A stretch of 64,000 nt of DNA from Octopus vulgaris (taxonomy: Eukaryota). The notes beneath the pieces were generated by a model, which saw nothing but the letters and a program-made list of their open reading frames with translations, did not search any database and had not been told where the DNA came from. The stretch is taken from contig OX597819.1 in NCBI GenBank assembly GCA_951406725.2, positions 97,092,001-97,156,000 of the forward strand, given 5' to 3'. The first letter of the stretch is position 1. Every line of letters starts with the position of its first letter. Shown piece after piece: positions 1 to 12,847 of the stretch. The translations under genes and the position numbers were made by a program.

Positions 1-630
1 CTGGAAAACTTTTGATCATAGGTTTGATCCATGGGTGGGGGGGTGGGGCACAACAGCAACAGTCGAATAAGGCAATCAAAGGCAAACTGCAGCGTATAGC
101 CCCATTTTAATGGCATTTCAATGAAAAATTTTCTTGAATTTTCTTTAGTTGTACAGCTTGCCTAATGATGAACCATGTTTCATGCAGCCCAATTCTCAAA
201 AAAAGTTGCCTTTGATTGCCTTATACGATTGTTGCTGCATGATCAAAAGTTTTCCAGCTGTTACCATTTTGTCTTTTTGTATATCAGAGACTATATTGTT
301 CCATGTGTTATTCTTTCTTTTTTTTTTTTCATAAATGGCTGGGTAGAATACCTTTGATGTGTAGCTTTTTGTATAGATATGTCTTAGTCACACATCTAAT
401 ATTACATAGTATCAATAAGTCAGTGATTACAATTATTAATATAGAATATTGTGGGAAATGAGGATGTGATCTCTGGGCCTCTGCCCACTCATTGACCTCA
501 TGGGCACACAAATACATACCACATAAATTCACATAAACACAGAGACATTATGTCTGTAGTATAAGCCAAACTATAGCTTATAGGGAAATTAAAATTATAA
601 AAGAGAATACAAATACAAATGTTACGTATG

Positions 631-664
<34 letters not shown>

Positions 665-1409
665 GCACACATGTATACAATTATATGACATGTTATACAT
701 ACACAGATATATCAAGGTGTGTGCGCACATGCGCAAGCGTATCTCTATATACAAGAGTTGAGCACATGCTAACTATAAAACGTGTACAGAAATACTGTGT
801 TAAATGAATGATCGATTGATAAGTTGCGGATAGTGTGTATATAGAAATGATATAGATTCTCTTCACGACAGACTGGGAAAATTACAAAACCTGTTTTAGC
901 ATTATGAGGCTTAAGTGCATTCTGAAAAAGCTTTTGTGTTGTTTAGGGGGTGGGGCATGGGCTGTTGAGTTCTAGGAGTTTACTGATTAGTAAGGGACGG
1001 TGAGGGTATGTGTGTGCTAACATGCTTACAAGTTGTCACTTGCATACGTCAACAAATGTATTTTGATATAAACAGACATTATAGTACATGTATGTATACA
1101 AGAGAATGAAGCTTGTGTATATACTGGTGGAAGCTTGTGTATATGCTGGTGTGTATATTGTGTGTATATGTATTGGCTGGTTGACATGTTATGTAGAACC
1201 AGCTGGACAAATAACAAAAATGGTGAAAGTCACAGTAATATGGCTCGCCATTATATAAACCATTACAATCATCAGTAATTCTATCAAAACCAGCACCAAC
1301 ACTACTACTACCACTACTACTATCATCATCACCATTTCCTCGACTAGCATCATTATTTCCACCACTACCACCACCACCATCATCATCATCACTACCATTT
1401 GCAACAACA

Positions 1410-1605
1410 GCCTCTAAGTGCCCAGTTGACCGGCAAGATATAGTAGCCAAATCTATCACAAATTACATCCTACAAAATTAAAAAGGGAAGGACACAGTGG
1501 GATAATGTACACCCACAGATCACTACAAAGATGTGATGACCATAGCTTTAAATATATTTGAGCATAGGTCTGTTTGATGAGGGCTGACCAGAGGTTAAAC
1601 GACAA
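1410..1605 (+). mobile_element. Dispersed ~200-bp SINE-like repeat (GAAATAGCAGCCAAATCTC...GATCATAGGTCTG...CTAAACAACAAC family)
   Basis: The same motifs recur at about 1-60, 3715-3905(-), 6860-7055, 7480-7890(-, split by a MITE), 17065-17245, 24130-24310, 28185-28385, 29530-29710(-) and 38530-38660(-), and end in a (CAA)-like tail. The SINE label is inference. Confidence 0.65.
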
Positions 1606-2230
1606 TAGTGAAATCACTAATAATACAGTCATAGTATTCCAAAAGGGACTATGACCTATCCCAATTAAACGACAACCACTGCTATTATTGATGGCAAGAA
1701 AGTCAATGAAGCCAAGTGGAGAGGGAGAAGGGGAGATTCCAGATAAAAAAAAATAACTGTTGTATGTATATGTTTGTTATGTATATGAGCAGTGTATGTG
1801 TGTGTGTGTGTGTGTGTGTGCGTGTGTTTGCGTTAGGAAGTGAGAGAGAGAGTGTGTGAAGCAGCACAAAGAAGTTATTTACATATACACCAACACAGCA
1901 AAAAGTGAAGTAGTAAACTGTGTGTGTGTGTGTTGTGGCAGGTGAGAGAGAGAGAGAATGAGTAGCGTGTATGTGTGTTGTGGAGAGAAAATGCGTGTAA
2001 AGAGAGAAATTATTTCGACACACACCGACACACTTTCAGGAAATAGTTACACCGTTTAAACTTGTTGGGAATGGCTAAGCAAGGATTGCTAGGTTCTGAT
2101 CCTGACAATGCACTTCAGCTAGATGTACCTGTCGATATTACCAGTTCCGGGTCCTTCCCTCTTCTTCTTTATCCTTACATCCAATGATAAAAATACTAAT
2201 TAAGAACACCCCCACCCCATTTATTTTCAG

Positions 2231-2281
2231 ACCTCATCAGTGATTATAAATACACACATCAAGAAAATTTGCAGTCAAAAG
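2231..2281 (+). other. Candidate 51-nt exon, unassigned
   Basis: ttattttcag|ACCTC...CAAAAG|gtaagg gives canonical acceptor and donor. The length is a multiple of 3 and two frames are open. No homology recognised. Confidence 0.25.
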
Positions 2282-3127
2282 GTAAGGTTAAAAGGTCTCT
2301 TTCACTGAACTACAAACGGTTTAAATAATAATGGATTGTCCACAATATAAGCTCAAATGAATGAATGAATGAATGAAGGAAGGAAGGAAGGAAGGAGTGC
2401 ATATGTATGTGTTAGACATCTGGGGTACTACATTGACAAAATCAGTAAAAGTATTGAGGTATTTCATTGTGGTCATTTCCAGCCTGATTTTGAATAGTAG
2501 CAAGGTACCTTTTATCTCTCCATGATGGAGAGGAGAATCAATAAAATAAGTACCATTTAACAACTGGGATCAATATAATCAATTATATCAACCAACCCTT
2601 GTAACTAAGGTAGAAATCAATACATCAAACACATCTTTCATCTCATCTCAAGTTCATTCCCTCATTCACTTCATCTTAATATGAAATCCTATTCATCTGA
2701 ATTGAGTGCAATCATGCATGCACACACATACATGCACACACACGCATGCATGCATGCACAACAAAACAAACTTACCATTTCAGCAAAGACATAGTCAAAC
2801 CATACAACATGAGAACCAATGAAGAAATGTGCAATATTTGAAAACCTTTAAACAGCTGTTCATTATCAACAGAAGTAGTGTTCTTCCTATATAAAACACT
2901 ACAGATACTCTGACATCTTCCTCGTAAAACCAGAGGTTTCTCTCTCTAAGCTGAACCAGTGAAGCAATATGAGAAATTCCATCATCAACTACTTGCTCTG
3001 TGAAGGTATGAATAGCCGTATTATTCTTACAAAATGTCACTGAGACCATTATCAATCAGATACATATACAGTATGCACTGGCTTCAAAAGATATGAACAC
3101 AAACATTTAAATATTTATATTCATGTC

Positions 3128-3177
<50 letters not shown>

Positions 3178-3291
3178 TACATACATACATACATAGACAT
3201 ATACAGACCAGGAATATACACATAAGGTCATAATGTATAAACACAAATAAGCATGGGTCTATCTATCTATCTATCTTATCTCTCTCTCCAT

Positions 3292-3364
<73 letters not shown>
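3128..3364. repeat. Compound microsatellites (TA)n, (TACA)n, (TCTA)n, (GA)n
   Basis: Visible simple repeats. Similar tracts occur at 4138-4213, 8845-9092, 11341-11426, 43230-43330 and 51552-51615. Confidence 0.95.
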
Positions 3365-3365
<1 letters not shown>

Positions 3366-4138
3366 CAGGCAGAAACAGAAAGAAAAACTCACTCATACAC
3401 AGTGTCTATAATTACTCTACCAAACATGTTACTGTACTATATTTGATGTGAGGAGCATTTATAATTATATTTAAAGAAGGAGTATTGTCCATACTTTAAA
3501 TGGGGTCATTTATGACACAAAGAGTAGGAACTCAAAGCAGGGAACTTCTCTGATCCAAAGAATAGATAGAAAGTGAATAAGTTCAATTGTGATTATGAGA
3601 TTTTGAAAAACTGGACAACTTTGAAAACACAGACTGGAGTGAATGTAATGCCTGGATAGTTTACTGGGTATCAGGCATCAGAAATGGTGATGATGTTATT
3701 CATCACCAGGTGAAATCTGATCCAGTTGACCCATGATCAAAAACATTCCAACAATGATCATCCTCCCCTAACCTTCCTTATTTTTTTTTTAGCTAAAGTG
3801 CATCTAGGATTACATTATCTAATGTTTCATTCCTAATTTAAAACTGTAAGATATAATTCGATGGAAACTTTTGCTGCTATTTCTAGCAAGATGAGCAACC
3901 ATGTGAAGGCACATAAGACCAATTAGTAGAGAATTAAATATAATAGAAGCATTAAAGTAGAATTAGAATGTAATGAGCAAGTTGTGAACAACAGAGTCTG
4001 TTATAGTATATAACTTCATATATATGAAGAAATAAAACAGCTGTATGTATAGTAATAGAGCAAGTAGCAAGTAGAGAGAATAACATGTATATGTAGCAAG
4101 GACAAAAAGTGTCTTCAATAAAGTAAGGTTTATTGATC

Positions 4139-4215
<77 letters not shown>

Positions 4216-4277
4216 ATAAGTTTAAAGATCAATGGTGTCACTGAAATACAGACAGAAATACAAAATTTCATAGCTAT

Positions 4278-4443
4278 AGGGTGTCAACATCTGTTGTAGG
4301 AAAGGTGACATCTGTTGTGGCAGGGAGAGGACATCCATTGTAGCAGGGAGTGGATATTCATTGTTGTAGGGAGTGGACATCCCTTGTTGCAGGAAGTGGA
4401 CATCCGTTGTCACAAGGGAGTGGACATCCATTGCTGTAAGAAG
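4278..4443. repeat. Minisatellite, ~22-bp unit (GGAGTGGACATCCATTGTTGCA-like), about 7 degenerate copies
   Basis: gacatc(c/t)(a/g)ttgt recurs at about 22-bp spacing. Confidence 0.85.
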
Positions 4444-5665
4444 TTAACATGTAACATGTTTCCTTCATATAAACATACTAAATACACCAAATTCCACTAC
4501 ACACCACTCTACAGAGCACTACACATAATTAAATAAATAAGGCACTCCACCACACACGACTACACATAATCAAATACACTAAACATATTCCATGCTGTCC
4601 CATTGCACTCATGCCATTCCACCACATTCAACACCTGTGTCACACCACCGCTATACATCATCAAATAAACCAGACACAGTCCACCACCACCACCACACAT
4701 CCTACTCCACCATACCTATTTTACTAAATAAAAAAAACCCAACAATTTAGGAAAGAGAACAAATCACAGAAATAGTATTACATTTAGAAAAATTGGTTCT
4801 GCTGTTGCAACTGCTACTGCAGTAAAATTAATCATTTGAAATTTATTTCAGTGTGACACTGATCAACAACAATCAGTTTCTTACTTTTGCCATTTCCTTC
4901 AACAAAAGCTAGACACTGTTTTGTTCAATAATTCTTCCTCACTCTCCATCTTTCATTTCTAATACTTGGCAAACTGAGAAATTTCAAATATAACAAAGAA
5001 AAAAACATGTAATCTGATGAATCAAAGATATTTTCAGGATTTCGTGTTTAAGTTGGATATCTGAGCAAACCAACCTCATTAGCAATAATAATATCCAACT
5101 GATTCCTGTAATAATATTCAATGTTTTGTAGAAGGCCAGTTCAAACCATTAATGCCAATTCTTAGACTGTAATTTTCTTATTTGGAATCACAGCAGAAAT
5201 CAAACAGCCATTTTATGTGCCTTTGCTCCTGGAGTAAAATACAGAATGAAGTGAACTATTGATAACCAATATAAATATTAACACAAGTACACCTTGCTGA
5301 AATTTGTACAAAAATCACAGTAGGTGTACTTTAGTAACTTTACAGTTTGATGTTAACAATAGGAAATAGCTAGACTGGTGAGTGAATTTAACGTCAACAT
5401 GTTGGATAATTGTAGGTTTCACCTAATTCTGTCACCTCTGTAAGACTCAAAACGTGACTTCAAGAATTAGTTTTGTTCAACTATTTGAATAATAAAGAAG
5501 CAGGAATTGTTGGAATAATGCTGTGATTAATCTCTAGGATGCTTTAATTCTCATAATGTAAAACAAGATTTGAACATATGACGTTATGATGTTATACAAG
5601 AATCACAACTAATCAAGTCATTAAAACTTTAAATGACAGCATTCTAAACAAAATATTCCCAATGT

Positions 5666-5865
5666 CGGTTTCAAATTTTGGCACAAGGCCAGCAATTTCA
5701 TGAGAAGTGGTTAATTCAATTACAGCAACCCTAGTACTCAGCTGGTACTTATTTTATTGACCCTGAAAGAATGAAAGGCAAAGTCAACCTCAGCAGAATT
5801 TGAACTCAGAATGCTGTTAAACATTTTCCCAGTGTGTTAATGATTCTGCCAGCTTGCTGCCTTGG
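5666..5865 (-). mobile_element. tRNA-derived SINE, family A (head GGCGGTGAGCTGGCAGAA, core GACTTTGCCTTTCATCCTTT...AATAAGTACCAG)
   Basis: Reverse complement matches the plus-strand copies at 24407-24585, 24599-24825, 27294-27515, 55033-55266 and 60951-61185. It has a B-box-like GAGTTCAAATTC. Confidence 0.8.
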
Positions 5866-6020
5866 CATTAGAAGGGCATCCTGGGCATCCTGTTGTAGCA
5901 AACAAGCCAGAACAGACTATGGAACCTGGTGCAGTTCCTACCTTGCCAGTTCTTGTCATGCTGTTCAACCCATACCAGCATGGAAAATGAATGTTAAATG
6001 TTGATGATGACAATTATGAT
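5866..6020 (+). mobile_element. Retroposon 3' tail repeat (GGCATTAGGAAGGGCATCCAGCTGTAGAAAC...CCATGCCAGCATGGAAAA...(GAT)n), RTE-type tail inferred
   Basis: The module recurs at about 10615-10770, 17440-17610(-), 18590-18780(-), 29150-29455, 30570-30715, 33860-34010, 48880-49070, 51170-51395 and 51640-52085, and usually ends in (GAT)n. Confidence 0.7.
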
Positions 6021-7586
6021 GATTAATAATAATCAACATTGATCATGCATATTCAATATCATCAAGCTATCTCTTTTCCCTGTCTATGGGAACTGCCTGT
6101 CACTCTAAAAATACTAAAAAAGAAATAATAATAGGAAGATTCCCAAGTTATAATGTAAATAAAATATGTGACCTATAAATTGAGAAGTCAAACTTCGAAA
6201 AATCGCTCTTGTATTAAGAATCACAGAATGAGTACAAACCCTGATCTAGGAATTGAACATTAGTGGTTGAATTACATCTCATTGTTCAAACATTGCCATG
6301 GAATACTGGTCGTGTTGTGTGATGTAGATATGACAGCACAGAACAATGACTGTTGTATATGGAGAGAGAGAGAGAGAAAAAACACACACACAACATACAC
6401 AACGTGGTGAATTGAAACAAGTGAAGTTGCTATGGTATTTCACAATAAACAGGAAACGTGTCCTTTGAAAGAAGTCCATAGATTTCTGAGAAATGTTGCT
6501 TCTATTTTAGTAGGAAACCATAACACAAAGCTGGGGTGGCGTTTCATTCTGTAGATTTGCTTGTACACTTAGACCTAATTATAATAATTAGAAAATGAGA
6601 CAATTAAGATAAGCAGATCAAGCTCAGCATTCCATACAAAAGACTGGCATTAAAACATAAGCTGTATATTACTTCACTTCTTGAGCTACAGAGTAACAAC
6701 AATGGTCTTCAGGAAATTACTTATCTCTCAATCGCATTCATCAAACATTGACTTATTAACTGGAGATGGTCACTTAGCTAACAATTTATATTGTTAGTGT
6801 CTTAATGAAGATAATTAAAGCAAGCACCTACATAGATTAAAGAATGACAAACCAATAGGAGAGCATCTATCTATATGGTCACTTGACTTGCAAGAAATAG
6901 CAGCCAAATCTCTCTTAAATTACACCTTATCACACTGATTGATGTGGTTCTGGGTTTCCTCTCACACAGGAAATAAATGGGATGGCTGCAACTGGAATGC
7001 CTTTGATCACAAGTCTGCTCAATCAGGCCTGAGTCTAAACAGCAACAACCACCACCTAAGGAGGTAAACCATACATCTTAAGATGAGGTGAAGTAAACAC
7101 TGATTTATCGTAAATGACAAATTAGAATAATTAACTTTTAAGAGAGAGGAAGAAATCACGGTAGATAGAAATGATGAGAAACAGGATGTGCATGAAGTAG
7201 AACTGAAAACCAACAAGAATATCATCCAAACATCATTTCACTTTGAATATTCATTCACTCTACCAATACTACTCTGACCCTTTAAAGCAAATGTACTCCA
7301 TTTAATTCCCATGGTACATTCCAGCTGATAATCCATAACTTCCTTTCTTCATGTAATGGTATCTGTGTACACACTAAAAAGACATATAGTGCCATACGGC
7401 ACAATATGTGTTTATATTATGGGTAGATCTGTAGTTCTGTGGTGTTTAGAAGTATGATCTGATATGTATATATAGCTGTTGTAGTTGATCCCAGATCAAA
7501 TCCGATTCAATAGATCCATAATCAGATGATACCATCTGGTTTCTTCCCAAGCACAAGGCACCAAGGATCACATTTTCAAACCTTTC

Positions 7587-7816
7587 TTAATCCTTTAATA
7601 TTCAGATTACTCAGTTAAATGCAATGCTTATTTATTCACGTTGTTTTGAATTGATCATGTGTTATCTTGTAATTTTGAGGTTTCAGTGATGTGATTTGCT
7701 TATTTTTAAGATGACATTGTAGAGTAGGTGTCAAAAGGCCAGATCTGGCTGGTTAGAACATAAGACAAGTAGGATATTTGAGCTGGATATGACCAGTTTA
7801 AATGCTAAAGGGTCAA
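7587..7816. mobile_element. piggyBac-type MITE (~225 bp) inserted in a SINE-like repeat
   Basis: TTAA-like flanks and degenerate TIRs (CCCTTTAGCATT...AATGCTAAAGGG consensus from four copies). The host repeat resumes after 7816. Confidence 0.8.
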
Positions 7817-8051
7817 GATACTATAGTGAGATTTGAGAAAGATTTGACAGAATTTCCAGCAGGTTGAGCAACTGTGTAGTGGCTCTTATCAATATGTGAT
7901 GTGGTGGTGATGGTGGTGCCAAAAAAGCTCTAATCTATCTAATAGAATTGTCTGCTTGTCTACCTTCTATATGTATGTAAACAAACAGCTCCTAACATCG
8001 TCCTCCAATAATATGACCCCAGCCAATGTATATCAAGCTACACAAACTATT

Positions 8052-8259
8052 TATTAGGTTGGTGCATAATTATTGTGGATTTTTTCAACAAAAACACCTT
8101 TAAATGATTATTCCGGAGCATATTCACCATCTACTTCAATTACTGCTTCCCATTTGCTTGGCAGATGGTCAGACTGTCATTTAAAGATGTTATTGTTATT
8201 GTTTCTGTTGAATAAAATTTGTTGAAAAATAGCCACAATAATAATGCACCAACCCAATA
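8052..8259 (-). mobile_element. Internally deleted mariner (MITE-like)
   Basis: TIRs TATTAGGTTGGTGCATAATTATTGTGG / CCACAATAATAATGCACCAACCCAATA with TA ends. The minus-strand interior reads DHLPSKWEAVIEVDGEYAPE*, resembling a mariner transposase C-terminus. Confidence 0.85.
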
Positions 8260-9013
8260 GTAACACTATATGGCACAACTATAGACAGTAACAGCCTCAG
8301 CATTGTATTACCAATTCTGTAGAATATTAAATAGAAATATATAAATGTAGTAATATAAGACAATTACTAAAAACAAAAGTCTATCAATTCAAAGCAATCT
8401 ATTATAAGCATCAGAAGCAATTTCATCATTATCATATTTAATTTTCTATTTCAATAGATAGAGAATGAAGCTGTTAGACAACTCCTGTTTTGTCATGTAC
8501 CCCAAACAATCACTTCAAACAACCAAGGCAGATCAGTCACAAATCGATAGATTGTCGGCAGAACTTGTGGGAATGTATGACATCTTGGAGAAGTAAAATG
8601 AAGCAATGAATGAATATTTCGAAAGATGAGAACAAAGAGTAAATGAATATTGACACAAATAGCAATGTTGGCTGAGACTGTAAAGGAAAGTAGAAATAAA
8701 AAAAGAAAAGTATTAGCAAGAAACAAGAGATGGTCTTGGATAAATAAAGACGACTTTCAGAATCAATAGTTCATTAGGACTTTTTCTGAGTTTGGTGATA
8801 ACCAAAGACAATAAATTACATAAACAAACATGTGTTTGTGTACGTATACACACACATACATACATACATATACATACATACATATATATACATACATATA
8901 CACACACATATTATATATGTATATACATTCATATATATGTATATATATATACATATATATGTATATAATCACATATATATATATATATAATCACATATAT
9001 ATATATATATAAT

Positions 9014-9051
<38 letters not shown>

Positions 9052-9060
9052 CATACGCAT

Positions 9061-9096
<36 letters not shown>

Positions 9097-9717
9097 CGGT
9101 GTGTTTGTAAAATAATGCATCTGAAAAAAATCAATATTTTTCTTTCCCCTGTGGAACATTATATAATGCAATTCTGAGTCAAACTCATATATAAATATAG
9201 ATACGCACACACTGGTTTAGCCATCACAGCTAAGGTCATGCTAGAGTACCACCATGGCAAGCAATTGTTCTATATGCCCTGTAGCTTCTCCCTTTTCCAA
9301 TATATGTAACACCTCTACTTGGTGGGTCAATGACCTGATGCGGCATGCTCTACTTTGGTTGCATCTATTATTAGATGAATGATCTATAATGTCAGACAGA
9401 AATAAATCACGATTCCTTACAAAGACCATTTAGAGGTAATCATTTTAGGTTATGTTTTCTAATTCTTTTGTCACATACATCTACAAGTAAAGAAATTTGA
9501 ATGCTAGACTAATTGCGGTATAGGCTCCTGAAGTAAGAGTGTGAAGAAGAGTTGTGGGGTCCAACAGGATCTTTTTTTTCTTTCTTTTTCTCTCATGAAT
9601 GCTAAAGTTTGGAATGTGCATCTGTGTATAGACAAAGAGATAGGTAGGACTTCAGACACATTGAATAGAGTACAAACATTACCAAGACTTTGTGATGGAG
9701 GTTAAATATTTCTCAGT

Positions 9718-9881
9718 AGGTATGGGAGTGGGTGTGTGGTAAGTAGCTTGCTTACCAACCACATGGTTCCGGGTTCAGTTCCACTGCATGGTACCTCGGA
9801 CAAGTGTCTTCTACTATAGCCTCGCACTGACCAAAGCCTTGTGGGTGGATTTGGTAGATGGAAACTGAAAGAAGCCCGTCG

Positions 9882-9928
<47 letters not shown>

Positions 9929-10083
9929 TGCCTTTCTCTTGGATAACACTGGTGGCGTGGAGAGGGAGGCCGGTATGCATGAGCGACTGCTGGTCTTCCA
10001 TAAACAACTTTGCCCGGACTTGTGCCTGGGAGGGTAACTTTCTAGGTGCAATCCCACGGTCAGTCATTACTGAAGTGGATCTC
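9718..10083 (+). mobile_element. tRNA-derived SINE, family B, with internal (TA)n(TG)n tract and 3' tail
   Basis: Head GGAGTGGGTGTGTGGTAAG...GGGTTCAGTTCC (A/B-box-like) and body AAAGCCTTGTG.GTGGATTTGGTAGA.GGAAACTGAAAGAAGCCCGTCG. Other copies lie at about 28930-29090, 33232-33420, 36340-36450(-), 36630-36790(-), 47760-47925(-), 48260-48425(-) and 57820-57955(-). Confidence 0.8.
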
Positions 10084-10929
10084 ATGTGTGTGTGTGTGTG
10101 TGTATGTACACACAGACTTATGCATATATATACACACGTGCAGGCGCGTGCGCGCACACACAAAAATCAACAAGCAAGCGTTCTTTTTATATAACCATCA
10201 GTATTCTGTACCTACAGATCTAGATACAAGCATTGCTGATATAACCAGCTATATTCTATGCATATAATATTAATATGTGCTATTGTTAAATTAAATACAG
10301 TCTAAGCATATTCTATGCACATCTCTTTCCTTTATTATGTTCAACAAAACAAAAGAAATAAATTGAAGAAATTCAAGGAAATTTTACAAAAGTGAGGATA
10401 TTGTGAAAATGCTTTCACTGTTTTGTTTCCTTTCTGATTCTCCATTTTAACTCAATACCTTTGTTGAAGCACCATTTAAGAACCTGGGGACAATCTGTCT
10501 TGGATGCTGATACTAAATAGGCCTGAGTACAAACTGGACATAATCAAATAGACTGGACACCATGTATGTATGTATGGGTGTATGTGTGTGCATGTGTGTG
10601 CATGTGGCAAGAAAATAGCACCAGTACACACTGTAAATTGGTTGGTATTAGGAAGGGCATCCAGCTGTAGAAACCATGCCAAAGCTGAGATTGGAATTCA
10701 AAGTAGCTTTGATCCTGTCAAACTCCAACCTTTGCCAACATTGGAAACAAATATATAATGATGATGATGACATGTATATACACAAAATCCACTTCAAATA
10801 AATCACTGTCTAACCCATAATGTCATGGAAATTGGGAAGGTAAACAAACAAACATATATACTATAGTAGACTCTGTAAAATGAATGGTGTAAGGAAAGGC
10901 ATGCTATCATAGAAACCTAGACAAAGCAG

Positions 10930-11340
10930 ACTAGCAACCAAAGTTGAAGAGCTGCCTGCCCATGAGGTAAGCTATCCCGTTCCAGACACCAAACAGACAC
11001 CCAAACGCTCTATAAAGTGATCAAATATCATTCCGGTGACCGACACAGAGTAACTCATTGATACATAGAAAAAACTATTCTGCCTATATGTCTGTGCACA
11101 CCTTTCAATGCCATGTATGCCATAAGGTCTGAAAATCTAATGGAGGCCTCAAAAGACATTTTTAGATCCACAAAGATCAGAACTTATCTGCAGCTCTTGA
11201 TTGTCCAAATTGGATATGCAATCTATGTGGGTGTCTTTTCAAAACATTGCCTGGTTTACAAAGCTACATCAGACACTGTGATGGATCTAAAGTGTAGGTA
11301 CAGGCAGTGGTCATACTCTGCATAAGGAGTAGACAACCAC
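10930..11340 (+). mobile_element. Decayed 3' end of an RTE-like LINE
   Basis: Translation near 11211-11297 gives WICNLCGCLFKTLPGLQSYIRHCDGSKV*, resembling the degenerate C2H2-like C-terminus of RTE-clade ORFs. Upstream frames are broken. Confidence 0.45.
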
Positions 11341-11353
11341 CATATATACATAT

Positions 11354-11412
<59 letters not shown>

Positions 11413-11442
11413 TACATACATATATGTGATAATTAGTTCGTC

Positions 11443-11513
11443 GTCATAATAAAACTCAGAGTTTCAGATACCGGGACTGAAGTCTGCGCCAACATCTCAT
11501 CAGTTATTAAGAC
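11443..11513 (-). ncRNA. Type I minimal hammerhead ribozyme motif in the Penelope terminal repeat
   Basis: Minus strand: GTCTTAATAA-CTGATGA-GATGTTGG-loop-CCGGTATC-T-GAAA-CTCTGAG-TT-TTATTATGAC. Stem I pairs 9 of 10, stem II has 8 bp with G-U pairs, stem III is short and palindromic, and the triplet is GUU. There is one extra base before GAAA. Confidence 0.75.
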
Positions 11514-12136
11514 AAAATGCTATAAAAAAAAACATTGAATAAAAGGAAATTACTCCAATAGGCACAGTGAAAGTAATACTTCATTCATAGAATCCACATA
11601 AGCACACATATACACACACACATACATGCTCACACACATACACGCATCACTACGCTCATACATACATCTCTTTCTCTCTCTACACACACACACATACATA
11701 CATATGTAGATATACAAAACGTAGTTTATATGCACATGCATATATATATACACGGAAAACATATATACAAATAAAAACACATACACAAAAATGCATGCAT
11801 TATTATGTTCATATACACATCTCTATATACACATACATACGTGGATATACAAAATGTAGTCAATATGCACATACATACGTGGATAGATGTATATACAGAT
11901 AGGAACACATACGCAAAAAACAAACAGTAAAACATTCACATTCGCTGCAAAACTTGAATATACAAATGAGTTATATATACACCCTCCTGTCTGTCAAACA
12001 TATCTACACCTGCAGATATATAAATGTATAAACAAACATATATGTATGAGGGAAGGAGACAAGTACAACAGGTAGAGTCTTGTACTTGTATATATACAAT
12101 CAGTCATACACATGTATATATACACGCACATATTCA

Positions 12137-12685
12137 TTAGGTATATACTACACGCATATAAGTTACACAGTTATAAAGGGTGAAAAACAATATACAGAAA
12201 AATATATAAAGTAATAAAAAATAAAAATATATATAACAAATGTTAAGACATTGTACATAGACAATATAAAAAGCAGGTTCTATCTGTGATTTTGGGTGGG
12301 GTCCAAAAATGTAGCAAAAGTTTTGCCAATGTAGACATGACCCAAAAAGTTCATTTCTTGAATTTAGACATGTAGTGGGGTCTAAAGAACTTTTCCAGAT
12401 AAGCCATCTTTCTATATCGCAAAGACCACACTTTCCACTGCCGTTGGTGTAAGGCTTACACTTGGCCAAGATCTTCCAGCAAATCTTATAGTTGACACCT
12501 TTTTCTTTTAAGGACCATATATAACTGGATAATTTGGTTGTTTTCCTTTTATCCCAGTGTCTGAAGCTTAAGGTGTGATTGTTGAACCTGGCTTTAAAAT
12601 TTCCCTCTGTGAGACCCATATATTTCTTTGACAAAACTATGTCTTTAGTGGTTGCAGAGTCTATGGTGGCTTCATAAATGATATC
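12137..12685 (-). pseudogene. Penelope-like GIY-YIG endonuclease C-terminal fragment
   Basis: DIIYEATIDS...KKYMGLTEGNFKARFNNHTLSF...LSSYIWSLKE...CGLCDIER...LNSRNELFGSCLH: the IIY/YMG motif pair and C-terminal Cys/His motifs are typical of PLE endonucleases. No RT domain is present. Confidence 0.9.
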
Positions 12686-12812
12686 CCAATATCCGAAACT
12701 CAGAGTTTTATTATGACAACCAACTAATTGACATATATTTATAGATAAATTCCTCTATTTTACATAATATCAAGATCTCATTCATTCTTTTGTTGTCATA
12801 TAATTATTATTA

Positions 12813-12847
<35 letters not shown>

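Larger units (their letters stand above)
11432..12810 (-). mobile_element. 5'-truncated Penelope-like retroelement with an inverted terminal-repeat copy
   Basis: GIY-YIG coding fragment on the minus strand, a hammerhead motif downstream at 11443-11513, and an inverted copy of the terminal segment starting at 12686. It is flanked by (TA)n on both sides. Confidence 0.85.

Noticed and set aside
1079-1459. Gly/Asp/Ser-rich 126-aa ORF (and the similar one at 42469-42744)
   Set aside because: It arises from degenerate (GAT/GGT)n trinucleotide repeats and has no recognisable domain.
8480-8810. Possible piggyBac transposase N-terminal remnant
   Set aside because: Only a vague compositional resemblance, with no catalytic motif or TIR identified.
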